DNA of 64,000 nt from an uncultured cyanobacterium (GTDB lineage Bacteria; Cyanobacteriota; Cyanobacteriia; Cyanobacteriales; Nostocaceae). Both the position numbers and the translations under genes were made by a program. Positions 53,266-63,337 of this stretch are shown one piece after another. The notes under the pieces were generated by a model that saw only the letters and a program-made list of their open reading frames with translations, searched no databases and was not told the DNA's origin. Where the stretch lies: contig OY970166.1 in NCBI GenBank assembly GCA_963706595.1, forward strand, positions 3,744,001-3,808,000, read 5' to 3'. Within the stretch, counting starts at the first letter, position 1; each line of letters starts with the position of its first letter.

Positions 53266-55536
53266 TTATCTGGCAATTTGCCTCATATAATTACCCCACA
53301 GTTGAGCAGCTTGACCGCTACTACCGGATGTAGGCGAATTATTATCATTACCTAGCCAAATCCCAGTTACCAGCCGCCGATTGGGGATAGAACCAATAAA
53401 CCAGAGGTCAACGTTTTTATCAGTTGTGCCGGTTTTACCACCTTCCCCTAATCCAATCGCGGCAGCACGACCAGTACCGCTAGTGACTGCTTGACGCATC
53501 ATCCGGGTGATTTCGTCAGCTACACCTGTGGGTAAGACTTGCTGGTTGGCGTTGCGATTTTGGTCAAAGGAATAAACAACACGGCAGGTTGTTAAGTTAT
53601 CACGATCTGAACAATCACTACTGTCTAAAATCCGGCTAATTGCATGAGGTGGATTCCATACACCACGATTAGTAATAGCGCCAAAAGCCCCGGTCATTTC
53701 TAAAACATTAACTACACTTTGACCCAGGACTAAGCCGGGAACTGCTTCGAGTGATGACTTGACTCCTAAGCGCTTGGCCGTGGATACGACTTGATTTAGC
53801 CCTACTTCTCTAGCAATTCTCAGAGCAATAGGATTTTCCGACTGGGCAAACCCAACGGTCATATTTAAGAAATTCCCCGCACCACTTCTACAGGGTCTGT
53901 AGGTAAAACCTTGCCAAGGTAGGGCAGCACAGGAATAAGTTTTGGAGGCTGGTATCCCCTTCTCTAGCGCCGCAGCGAAGGCGAAAACTTTGAAGGTGGA
54001 ACCTGGTTGTCTTTGGGCTTGGACAGCGCGGTTAAACTGGCTTTGTCTAAAATCAGTCCCGCCTACCATAGACAAAATACTTCCAGTGCTAGTGTCTAGG
54101 GTAACGATCGCGCCTTGAGAAAAACGAAAGGTTGAGCCAGCAGTGTTAACTGAATTACGCAACGCTGTTTCTGCTTGGTTTTGGATTCTGGGGTCGAGCT
54201 GGGTTTCGATGATATAGTTACCTTCTCTAGCAGCTCCTGCTCCCAAAATTGATTCTAGTTCTTGAAAAACATAACTGTAAAAGTAAGGAGCAATGGTACT
54301 AGCTTGGCGATCGCAAACTTTGGGGCTAATTTGAACTGGGGAACGTCTGGCTCGATTAGCTTCTGCTTCTGATACTTTCCCCAGGTCTAACATTCGCCTA
54401 ATCACGCGATTGCGATATTCATCTACTGGTAGGCGATTCGAGCTATCTCCACAAAAATTGAACGCGTTGGGAGCAGGTAAAATTCCCACTAATGTTGCAG
54501 CTTCGGAAAGGGTTAATTCTTTGGCTGGCTTCTCAAAGTAATAACGAGCCGCATCCTCAAAGCCGGATGTATCCACGCCCAAAAATACTCGATTTAAGTA
54601 AGTCAGCAAGATGTCATCTTTACTGTAAAAAGTTTCCAGTTTGAAGGAAACAACAGCCTCCCGCAGTTTGCGTCCCAAGGAGTCCTGAGCGCCCACATAG
54701 TCCCGGAATAAACTCCGCGCTACTTGCTGGGTTACAGTGCTGGCTCCCTGCTGCACACCTCCACTGCGAGTATTGATTAGCACGGCTCGCAAAATTCCCA
54801 AAGGGTCAATCCCAAAGTGCCAATTGTAACGGCTATCTTCTGAGGACACTACGGCTGCGGCTAAATAAGGACCAAAATCATCCAAGCGCTGCATATCCAC
54901 GTGGGAGGTACTCCGAGGTTCGCGCAGGGGAGTCGAGCCATCACGGGCATAAATGACGATGGGAGCGCTAGTAGCAGTGGGTAGAGGTCTCACAGAGAAT
55001 TTGAGCCATTCCACGCCGATGACTAACCCCACTAAGGCGCTAACACCAGTAATCCCGTAAGCAGCCCAAGTTGCTGCTTTAATATGCAGGGGTGGTGGAT
55101 CGACATATTGCAGGCGGACTGAAGCTGCTAGTTCTGGTGGCCCTAAAGTAAAAATATCACCGTGACGCAGTTCTAAGGTATTAACCCGGCGTTTACCACG
55201 ATAAATACCGTTAGTGGAGTTTTCATCTTTGATCACAAAAACGGGGGTGCGTTGAGCCGAATCCCGCGACAGTGACAGGTGAATTTGGCTGACAACTGGG
55301 TTGCGAATGACTATATCACAGGATTTGGAACTACGACCGAGGATGTAGCGATCGCCTAACAACGGATAGACCTCCGCCTTATCCGCCCCCGCATCCTGCA
55401 CCCATATCTCTGGTACTTTGGCATTAGGCTTGAGCGCCAATTTGGAAAAATCGACTCTCGCTTGAATAGTCTGTACGGCTTGAGTCAGTTGACCAAGTAA
55501 AGTTTGTGGCTTGTGAGGAGGTTGGGGGGAACTCAT
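53266..55536 (-). CDS. FHA-domain class A penicillin-binding protein
   Basis: FHA (LGRS, VSQIH, STNG); transglycosylase (EDSRY, GASTVTQQ, RKLRE); transpeptidase (GSTFK, SEN, KTGT). Confidence 0.93.
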   Translation of the reverse strand: MSSPQPPHKPQTLLGQLTQAVQTIQARVDFSKLALKPNAKVPEIWVQDAGADKAEVYPLLGDRYILGRSSKSCDIVIRNPVVSQIHLSLSRDSAQRTPVFVIKDENSTNGIYRGKRRVNTLELRHGDIFTLGPPELAASVRLQYVDPPPLHIKAATWAAYGITGVSALVGLVIGVEWLKFSVRPLPTATSAPIVIYARDGSTPLREPRSTSHVDMQRLDDFGPYLAAAVVSSEDSRYNWHFGIDPLGILRAVLINTRSGGVQQGASTVTQQVARSLFRDYVGAQDSLGRKLREAVVSFKLETFYSKDDILLTYLNRVFLGVDTSGFEDAARYYFEKPAKELTLSEAATLVGILPAPNAFNFCGDSSNRLPVDEYRNRVIRRMLDLGKVSEAEANRARRSPVQISPKVCDRQASTIAPYFYSYVFQELESILGAGAAREGNYIIETQLDPRIQNQAETALRNSVNTAGSTFRFSQGAIVTLDTSTGSILSMVGGTDFRQSQFNRAVQAQRQPGSTFKVFAFAAALEKGIPASKTYSCAALPWQGFTYRPCRSGAGNFLNMTVGFAQSENPIALRIAREVGLNQVVSTAKRLGVKSSLEAVPGLVLGQSVVNVLEMTGAFGAITNRGVWNPPHAISRILDSSDCSDRDNLTTCRVVYSFDQNRNANQQVLPTGVADEITRMMRQAVTSGTGRAAAIGLGEGGKTGTTDKNVDLWFIGSIPNRRLVTGIWLGNDNNSPTSGSSGQAAQLWGNYMRQIAR

Positions 55537-55957
55537 CGGCTATTTACATCACAATTGTTGGCAAAGAATCAGGCAATGACAATCTGGATACAGATATTCC
55601 ACCATTTTACTCATAAGCCAAAGCAGAAATTGGCTATACGGAATTCTTACCGATTCAATCTTACACTAAGATAATATCCACTCAGAAAACTTACTCTATT
55701 GGGTTTGTTACTTTTCCACTGCTACCAAATTTAGGTTCTATAGTCTGTTGTCTTGATTTCTCTGACTATTATTTATCTCATCATCAGGGTTAATACTTTG
55801 ACTTGGGTGCTGCTAAAAACCAACTTTTAATTTACAGTCAATTTAAAGTTTACACCCCAAAATTCATATATATCTTGTCCCTGATTTATACATCCTCATT
55901 TAGACAGATTTTCTCAAATTAGTTGTTTGATTTAATTGGCGGAGTGTTCTGTTTCCG

Positions 55958-56371
55958 TTGAGGTTAATTTCACAAATGTTGGGAAAATATCTGACCCTGA
56001 TTGGTACAGCTTTGACTTTGGCTCTGACTACCAATGTTGCTGTTGCCGAATCAAGTAAATCCCCAGTCGCCGAATCCGATAGCTTATCCATGAATGCGCC
56101 CACGGAAATCAAGCTCTCACCCGAAGGGATGAAAATTCTGTGTGAGCGATCGCCTCTTAATTCCCGTTGTCCAGGAGGGACTGCACTTGTACCTCCTACC
56201 TCTGGTACTATTCCTGTACCAGCTTTGGATGGTAACACCACTCCTGACACCATAACTACACCAGAAACTTTGATGCCGGAAGGAGCTGAACCGAATAGTA
56301 GCTCAACTCCAGCACCAGAAACTTTGATGAAGAATGAGTTGGAGTTTCAGCGTGAACCCAACCCCCAATAA
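55958..56371 (+). CDS. Secreted hypothetical protein
   Basis: Signal peptide-like N-terminus, LCERSPLNSRC motif, Pro/Thr-rich tail. Confidence 0.65.
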   Translation: MRLISQMLGKYLTLIGTALTLALTTNVAVAESSKSPVAESDSLSMNAPTEIKLSPEGMKILCERSPLNSRCPGGTALVPPTSGTIPVPALDGNTTPDTITTPETLMPEGAEPNSSSTPAPETLMKNELEFQREPNPQ

Positions 56372-56515
56372 ATTAGCAAAATACAAGATGCCCAAAACTC
56401 TAACTGCGAGTAGTTAAAATTTAGGGATAAATGCTCGTTTTAATAATCCCATGACTGTAAAAATTTGGCTATGTTTATGCTCAAACAAAAGTCGTGGGAT
56501 TATTAAGTCTTAACA

Positions 56516-56992
56516 TTAGCTTGACCTGTCGGTAGAACTTGGTGTTTTTTGGAAAGAAGCAATTAACAAACAAACAATACCAATACTAATAAATGAATCT
56601 GCCAAATTAAATACAGCAAAATTAATCAAGCGAAAATCGAGAAAATCAACGACATAGCCTAAAACGAAGCGATCAATCCCATTGCCCAAGGCTCCACCTA
56701 AAATTAAACCATAGCCTAACTGATCCCAAGAATTTAACTCCTGACCAAACCAAGCCAATGCTATCAATACCAGACTCACACCCAAAGATAGCCAGCGTAA
56801 CCACTCTACTTTCCCACTGAATAGACTAAAAGCTGCACCAGTATTAGTGACATAGGTCAGATGAAATATATTAGGTAGTATTGGTAGTGTCTGTCCCAAG
56901 CTAAAGGTCTGCACTACCCAGTATTTTGTCAATTGATCTAAGAAAAAAGTGATGAAGGCCGCAATCCAAAAGAGATGATTTTTTAAACGCAT
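56516..56992 (-). CDS. lspA: Lipoprotein signal peptidase II
   Basis: DQLTK, NTGAAFS, GNGIDR, VVDF, FNLAD. Confidence 0.97.
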   Translation of the reverse strand: MRLKNHLFWIAAFITFFLDQLTKYWVVQTFSLGQTLPILPNIFHLTYVTNTGAAFSLFSGKVEWLRWLSLGVSLVLIALAWFGQELNSWDQLGYGLILGGALGNGIDRFVLGYVVDFLDFRLINFAVFNLADSFISIGIVCLLIASFQKTPSSTDRSS

Positions 56993-56999
56993 GAAATTA

Positions 57000-57120
57000 G
57001 GGAGTAGGGAGTAGGGAGTAGGGAGTAGGGAGTAGGGAGTGGGGAGTAGGGAGTGGGGAGTAGGGAGTAGGGAGTAGGGAGTAGGGAGTAGGGAGTAGGG
57101 AGTAGGGAGTAGGGAGTAGG
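57000..57120. repeat. STRR tract (GGGAGTA/GGGAGTG), about 17 units
   Basis: Directly visible uninterrupted tandem heptamers. Confidence 0.95.
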
Positions 57121-57237
57121 AAGTGAGAGCTATTACAGCATGGGGTAACTAGGCATACCATTTCAAAAAGTTCAAAATCCCAAAATAAAAGTCTTTTGAC
57201 TTTTGACGAACGCGTAGCCGCAGTAACCCCGCCATAA

Positions 57238-57812
57238 CTAATAAAACATGAGATGACGTAATACATAAGCTATTAAGGTGACAGCGCACACTACAGCTAG
57301 TTGACCGGGTAGTGCAAACCAAGAATATCTGAGAATTGCTGGCATTAGAGCCAAATTTTCTGTGCCTTTCCACTGAAAAAGATAACTGATGAGCAAATAA
57401 GTAACGCCGCAGAGGTGGACAGTTAACAAGCCCGACATACAACTAAAAGCCAGGGTTTCTAATTTAGGTCTGGCTTTAAAGGCTAAATAGCCACAAATCC
57501 ATGCTCCAGGAATAAAGCCTAGTAGATACCCAAACTGAGATAGCTTAACATAACCAATACCGCCACCATCAGCAAATACAGGCAGCAAGGTTAAACCCAT
57601 GACTAAATAAGCGATTTGCGATAGTGCGCCAGCATTTTTACCTCCTAAGCAACCTACTAATAACACTGCACCAACTTGACAGGTAACACCTAGAGAAAAA
57701 GTCTGAATTCCTTGCTTACTCCAACTCCAAGGGCCAGGCAATACCATAAGCTTCTAGGAAGGTCACCGCCCATTGTCAAGAGCAAGCCAACCATAGACCA
57801 CAGTAATTGAAC
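57238..57812 (-). pseudogene. bioY: BioY biotin transporter, frameshifted near the 5' end
   Basis: LPVFADGGG, FGYLLGF core intact; QLLWSMVGLLLTMGG, TFLEAYGI and WSWSK lie in three different frames. Confidence 0.75.
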
Positions 57813-58022
57813 AGTTCCCACATTTCCAACACTTTCAGCCATTTTACTTTTACAAATGCTCAAACAATGTTTAAAAGGATGATCACCTGTGTTTGAGATT
57901 CTGTTTTGAGCATAATTTTATACACATTCTTGTGATCGACTCATGCTTATTTTTCATTATGACAAGTGAATCATATTTTTAGTTTATTGTGTACCTAGTA
58001 TTCAGGATTAATCTTCCTATGT

Positions 58023-58704
58023 CTGCTATATAAATGTTAGACAAAGCTAGACATTTACTTCTTGCGTCAAAGGGAGCATGGGAGCGGTTATCCCTCAGCA
58101 AGCTTTCAAGGTTTAGCCAACCTTGATAAAACTATTGCTGCGTTTAAATCTCTGTCCATCGAATGCCCACAATTTTGGCAATTGTAGACTCTTTCCGAAA
58201 GTGGCATATCTTGAATATGCCCACAATTAGAACAGGTTTTGGTTGATGGAAACCAACGGTCAGCAATAATTATTTCACAACCAAACTTTTGAGCTTTATA
58301 TTCTAGCTGACGCGTGAATTCATGAAATCCGCAATCAGCAATTACTTGAGCTAATTTATGATTAGATAGCATTCCCAAAACATTCAAATTCTCTACTACT
58401 ATTTTTGCGTGGTTTTTGCATAAGTAAGTAGTGATTTTGTGAAGGGTATTTTTTCTCAAGTTAGCTATCTTAGCATGATGCCTAGCTAATATAATTCTAA
58501 ATGATTCTTGATTAGCTACAATTATTTCGCAACCAACAGAGTTGGATAACTCCTGTATAAATTCAAAAGCAAAACGACACATTCTATCTTTATGAGCTAT
58601 TACAATAATTGCGATTTCGCCTTGAAGCATAGACATCATAATTGATAAGAACTTCTTTCTTTTAAAGTTTAAGCCTCCGCCAATCTCCGATACCCATTCG
58701 TCAT
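58023..58704 (-). mobile_element. Internally deleted IS607-family element (tnpA fragment fused to tnpB 3' part)
   Basis: Serine-recombinase motifs EIGGGLNFKRKKF and AHKDRMCRF, then TnpB LHKITT, VVENL, PSTKTCSNC, DRDLNAA. Confidence 0.88.
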
Positions 58705-59170
58705 GTTACCCATAGCCCCAACTCCGGTGCTGACTCGGTAACGATTGGTTTGAGCAAATCACAGGAAATGAGTTGACCAAGTAAAAGAGTTATCACACTC
58801 CGCCATAACTACTGCATCGCTACTCTCAAAGATGATTTTTTGAATTGCAGCCATTAAAAATTCTGGTCGCACGGGATAGTCTACATCTGCAAGCGGTGCA
58901 ATGACTTGGTATTGGGGATGAGGTAGACAGATATCTCTGCAAGTAGGTTGAGTATCTGGCCATTTCGGCGAATTGCCGAATCTCCTCTGCGGCGTGACGA
59001 GCGCCAAAACCTACCCAGATGGCCAAATTACCGGCTGATATTAATTCTACAGATTTAGCGATCGCCTCCCCTTGAGAGGTCTTATGAAAACTCGGTACAG
59101 TTGGTAATCCCTGGAGCATCTGTGGTGAAAACCACCGTTGGGCGCTCGCAGTTATTATTTTCCCATAATT
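58705..59170 (-). pseudogene. Fragments of a thiamine-pyrophosphate enzyme (ScyA-like)
   Basis: AIWVGFGARHAAEEIRQFAE, VRPEFLMAAIQK, SFTWSTH, YRVSTGVGAMG in broken frames. Confidence 0.7.
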
Positions 59171-59191
59171 GTCTTGCTGATCACAAACAAT

Positions 59192-59302
59192 CTAGTACAA
59201 GTCGGCGTAAATAAACAGACCATTCAAAATCCATGAAAAGCCCATTTTATAAGCTTTTTGACTTTTGACTTTTGACTTTTGACTTCCGCCTTGCGGTACT
59301 AG
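59192..59302. mobile_element. MITE-like element with CTAGTAC/GTACTAG ends and internal (TTTTGAC)n
   Basis: 7-bp terminal inverted repeat; related TTTTGACTTCCGC segment at ~38590-38655. Confidence 0.65.
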
Positions 59303-60164
59303 TGTTAAATTATTTTTCTTTTATGACATATATTTCTCAAGACAGATGACTAAGCAACCTATCATATAGTTAAATCTTTAACAATACATGAGAGGCTAAG
59401 AAAAATTACCAATCTCAGTTTATCCGCCAAAATTTATTCATGATGTTAGCAAAATTTAGTCTTTATGCACTGTAAAAATCCGATATTTTATGAATTAATA
59501 CAATGATGTAGTTTCAGATTTGTAGTCACATCCTTAGAGCGAAAAAATAAGCGCTATGCTGCTGATTATAGATATAGCTTCTCTTGCAACAATTAACCGT
59601 TTATATTTAAATATTTCTCAAAACTTGCATTTATCAATTAAGTGGTTACATGGAAATTAAGATTATTTTTATCAGTGCATCATTCTTAGAGAATGTTTTC
59701 AAAGTTTTGGGCGAATATAATCGGGCTACGCTTCGCGTTAGCGATACGCTACTACACAGGTAAATTCCACCTGCTTGGACTAATACAAAATCAAGGTTTT
59801 CAAAGTCACCTGCGTGGGTTTCGTTTGGGTGGTTCCGTGACTTCCAGTCACCAGGGCTGGAATAAATTAGACTTTTCCAACACCCTCTTAGACTAATAGA
59901 ATAGATACATTTGCATTATACAACTTTCTTTGTGACTGATTTATATGATTTAGAATCAATAAATTTAAAATCCTAGTTTGGTCACAAGATTAAAATAATA
60001 ATGAGATTTATTGATCTAAATATTGTTAATTTAATAATGGAGATTTACGAAATAAATTCATCCTATTTTAATTAATTTATGTTAATTTATTAGCAGAAAA
60101 TTCACAAGTAATTGCAGGTATTTTCGATTCTATTACTGACTTATCATCAGGAGAAAGTAAAGTC

Positions 60165-61280
60165 ATGAACTCTAGTGAACATACATTAGTTTTCTCCAAT
60201 TTTCAATGGAATCTACAGCCAGAAATAAATTTAAAATTCGCTTACTTTTTGATAAATCAAGCTGTAAATGCCGCTTTCTGTGTAGGAGAAAATGAGCAAT
60301 TTATTTATGTTAATGATGCTACTTGCCAAATGACTGAGTATTCTCGTGAAGAATTACTTTCTATGAAACATAATGAAAATACAGCAGCTAACTTGGAATA
60401 CCAAGAAATGAATCTTTTAACAAAAGACGGTACAGAACGCTGGCTAGCTTGTGCGGTTGTAAAACTCGATGGTATGCTAGATTTCGGGGAAAAACCAGTC
60501 GAATTGATTACAGGGATTGATATTACAAATTATAAAAATGTCGAATCAGACCTGAACCAGGCTTTAGAACAAGCAAAACAACTCGGCAAACTCAGAGCGC
60601 AGTTTCTGGCTATGGTTTGTCATCAATTTCGGACTCCATTGAATATTGTTTCATTCTCCAATAGCTTACTTAAACAACAAGTAGACAAACAGACGCAGCA
60701 GAAAATTCAACCATTAATTGAACATATTGAAACAGCCATTACACAAATCAGCCAGATGTTGGATGATATTTTGTTATTTGCAAAGGCAGAAACAGCCAAA
60801 ATAACTTTTGAGCCTCAACCGCTTGATTTAATCCAGTTGTGCAATAATTTGGTGGCACAAATGCATAGAAGCATGAGCCAAAAACCAATAAATTTTGTTA
60901 GTCAATTTGACTGCCTAACAGCCTGTATTGATCCCAAATTGCTAGAACCTATTTTGAAGAATTTGCTCGAAAATGCCATTAAATATTCTCCTTCTTCCAT
61001 GATGGTTGATTTTATTCTGGCTTGCGAAAATAGTCAGTTAATTTTCCAGGTCAAAGACCAGGGAATTGGTATTCCACTAGAAGATCAACAAAAGTTATTT
61101 GAACCATTTTATCGGGGAAGTAATATCCAAAATATACCCGGTAATGGACTGGGATTATCGATTATCAAAACCTTTGTAGATTTACATTGCGGTCAAGTAG
61201 CGCTGGAAAGTCAGTTAGGTGTAGGCACTACCTTTACTGTGATGTTGCCATTAATAAAATCAGAAGTTCTCCTTCCCTAG
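60165..61280 (+). CDS. PAS-domain sensor histidine kinase, scytonemin-regulator-like, probably internally deleted
   Basis: YVNDATCQMTEYSREELLSM PAS start joined abruptly to a PAC segment; HQFRTPL, NLLENAIKYS, GNGLGL. Confidence 0.8.
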   Translation: MNSSEHTLVFSNFQWNLQPEINLKFAYFLINQAVNAAFCVGENEQFIYVNDATCQMTEYSREELLSMKHNENTAANLEYQEMNLLTKDGTERWLACAVVKLDGMLDFGEKPVELITGIDITNYKNVESDLNQALEQAKQLGKLRAQFLAMVCHQFRTPLNIVSFSNSLLKQQVDKQTQQKIQPLIEHIETAITQISQMLDDILLFAKAETAKITFEPQPLDLIQLCNNLVAQMHRSMSQKPINFVSQFDCLTACIDPKLLEPILKNLLENAIKYSPSSMMVDFILACENSQLIFQVKDQGIGIPLEDQQKLFEPFYRGSNIQNIPGNGLGLSIIKTFVDLHCGQVALESQLGVGTTFTVMLPLIKSEVLLP

Positions 61281-61321
61281 TGATAAGTGTTGAATGAACA
61301 TGGTTATTAATTAACTAATTA

Positions 61322-61645
61322 ATATTTATTGAAGTCCATGATCACGAAGGAATTACACTATGTGCTGTGGCTGAAGCAGTTGGTTACTCACCTGCTTACT
61401 TAACTAACCAAGTGGGAAAACAGACAGGTGAGACGATCAATAGTTGGATTGTTAAGCGCCGGATGCAAGGAGCGCGTTTTTTACTGCAAAATGATCACCA
61501 AACAGTCGAGCAAATTTCCAGAGCATTGGGTTATGAAGATGTTTCCCATTTCTCCCGCCAGTTTCGTCAACATTATGATTTACCTCCCCATGCTTGGCGC
61601 AAAGAACACCAAGTGGGATATTACAAAGTCAAAGTCAGTAGTTAG
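61322..61645 (+). pseudogene. AraC-type HTH remnant of a response regulator (receiver domain missing)
   Basis: FIEVHDHEGITLCAVAEAVGYSPAYLT...LGYEDVSHFSRQFRQH; no receiver between kinase stop and HTH. Confidence 0.75.
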
Positions 61646-61884
61646 GAAATAAAATCAATAAATCTCCAAAATATTCTTTTGAGAATTCTTTTGAGATGAA
61701 GGAGAGAATTTGACAATCTCCCGCCACAGTTTACAACTTGGCGGGAGATTCCTGCTGTATATTAACTTGCTTTTTAGTGATGATCGGACTGAGTTTGATT
61801 CAGGATAATTCTGTGTAAATTTTAGCGATAAAATAAAATTTCCATGTAACAAATTGATCTGAAAAAGTATATTTTTTTGCCTTT

Positions 61885-61903
61885 GTTAACCTTTTGTTTA
61901 CCT
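61885..61903 (+). promoter_or_regulatory. Pho-box-like direct repeats upstream of pstS
   Basis: GTTAACCT and GTTTACCT at 11-bp spacing. Confidence 0.55.
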
Positions 61904-61999
61904 TTGGATGTATCTACTAAGGGTATCCTTATTCACTGTACATACATAAATGCACGAAGAATTGACAGTGATGCTTGTGTCATCGAGCAAGCCTCAGAC

Positions 62000-62065
62000 C
62001 TGTCCAGTGGTACTGCTACAACTGTAGACTTTGGTGCCAGTGATGTTGCCATGACCGATAAAGCA
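62000..62065 (+). pseudogene. Short remnant of another pstS allele
   Basis: Encodes TVDFGASDVAMTDK, a PstS motif also present (TVDFGASEAPITD) in the intact gene. Confidence 0.6.
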
Positions 62066-62102
62066 AGGTCTTTTTGATCTGAATCCGTAGTCGTTTCGCA
62101 AA

Positions 62103-63227
62103 GTGAATATATTTTTCATGGTTCTCAATCGCAAAGTCCTTTTAGCAATCGCCACTCTACCCATGATGTTGGTAGCAACAGCCTGTGCGCCTAGCCCAGA
62201 AGCTGGTAATGATGCTAGCCCAGATGGTACAAATGTTAGTAGTGGTAGCGGGCAGAAGATCACCATTAGTGGAGCTGGGGCAACCTTCCCTGCACCTATT
62301 TTTCAACGGTGGTTTGATGCCTATAATCGCCAAGTTGACCCTAATGTACAGGTGAGCTATCAGTCCATAGGAAGTGGCGCAGGTTTGGAGCAGTACATCA
62401 ATGATACCGTAGACTTTGGAGCCAGTGAAGCACCCATTACTGACTCTCCTGATCGGCTAAAGTCCTTCAAAGCAACTCACCCTTACGAGCCGATCCAAAT
62501 TCCCATGACTGGAGGTTTTTTATCTTTTTCCTACAACTTGCCAGGAATTAAAGATCAAGAACTGAGACTTTCCCGTACAACCTATTGTGGCATCGTTACA
62601 GGCAAAATTACTCGCTGGAGTGATCCTGCGATCGCCAAGGATAACCCCGGTTTAAAGATCCCCGACTTAGCCTTGACCTTTGCTCACCGTTCTGATGGTA
62701 GTGGTACTACTTTTGTGTTCACCAACCACATTCAAACTGTCTGCCCAGACTGGAAGTCTGGCGCGGGAACATCAGTAGACTGGCCCGTGGGTATTGGCGG
62801 TCAAGGTAACGAAGGAGTAGCCGCCACCATTCAGCAGAATGAAGGAGCCATTGGTTATTTATCCTATGCCTACGCTGCCTTGAACGACATTAGTTCCGCC
62901 GTAATTCAAAACAAAGCCGGAACCTTTATCGCCCCATCCCCGGAAGCAGCCGGCAAAGCTTTACTAGATGAACCAGTACCGGAAAACTTCGCCCTTTTAG
63001 TCCCCGATCCGTCTGGTGTTGATTCCTACCCCATAGTCGGTCTAGCTTGGGTGATGATCTATCGCGAGTATGAAGACGATGCCAAATGGCAAGCTATGCG
63101 TAAGGTCTTTGAATGGTCTTTAGGCCCCGAAGGCAAGAAAATAGCAGAAGAACTGCTTTATGTTCCCATTCCTGATGCTTTAGTAGAACGGATTAAAAAG
63201 CAGTTTGATACTGTGAACGCCAAGTAA
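62103..63227 (+). CDS. pstS: Phosphate ABC transporter substrate-binding lipoprotein (start may be ATG 62118)
   Basis: Lipobox-like ATAC, GAGATFP, SIGSGAG, HRSDGSGTT, YPIVG. Confidence 0.96.
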   Translation: MNIFFMVLNRKVLLAIATLPMMLVATACAPSPEAGNDASPDGTNVSSGSGQKITISGAGATFPAPIFQRWFDAYNRQVDPNVQVSYQSIGSGAGLEQYINDTVDFGASEAPITDSPDRLKSFKATHPYEPIQIPMTGGFLSFSYNLPGIKDQELRLSRTTYCGIVTGKITRWSDPAIAKDNPGLKIPDLALTFAHRSDGSGTTFVFTNHIQTVCPDWKSGAGTSVDWPVGIGGQGNEGVAATIQQNEGAIGYLSYAYAALNDISSAVIQNKAGTFIAPSPEAAGKALLDEPVPENFALLVPDPSGVDSYPIVGLAWVMIYREYEDDAKWQAMRKVFEWSLGPEGKKIAEELLYVPIPDALVERIKKQFDTVNAK

Positions 63228-63240
63228 GGATCTGAGATTA

Positions 63241-63273
63241 TTGGGAGTGTGCTTGATCATCAAACACTCCCAA
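63241..63273 (+). terminator. Intercistronic hairpin between pstS and pstC
   Basis: TTGGGAGTGT...ACACTCCCAA. Confidence 0.6.
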
Positions 63274-63337
63274 AATTTATCCAGGACACCTGAGTTGGGA
63301 CATGACCATGTAACAATATTATGGAGGGGAAAAAGTC

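Noticed and set aside
57000..57120. Long tandem repeats as a possible CRISPR array
   Set aside because: Pure heptamer STRR with no unique spacers and no cas genes; the same applies to the tracts at 3907, 18338, 38415 and 50181.
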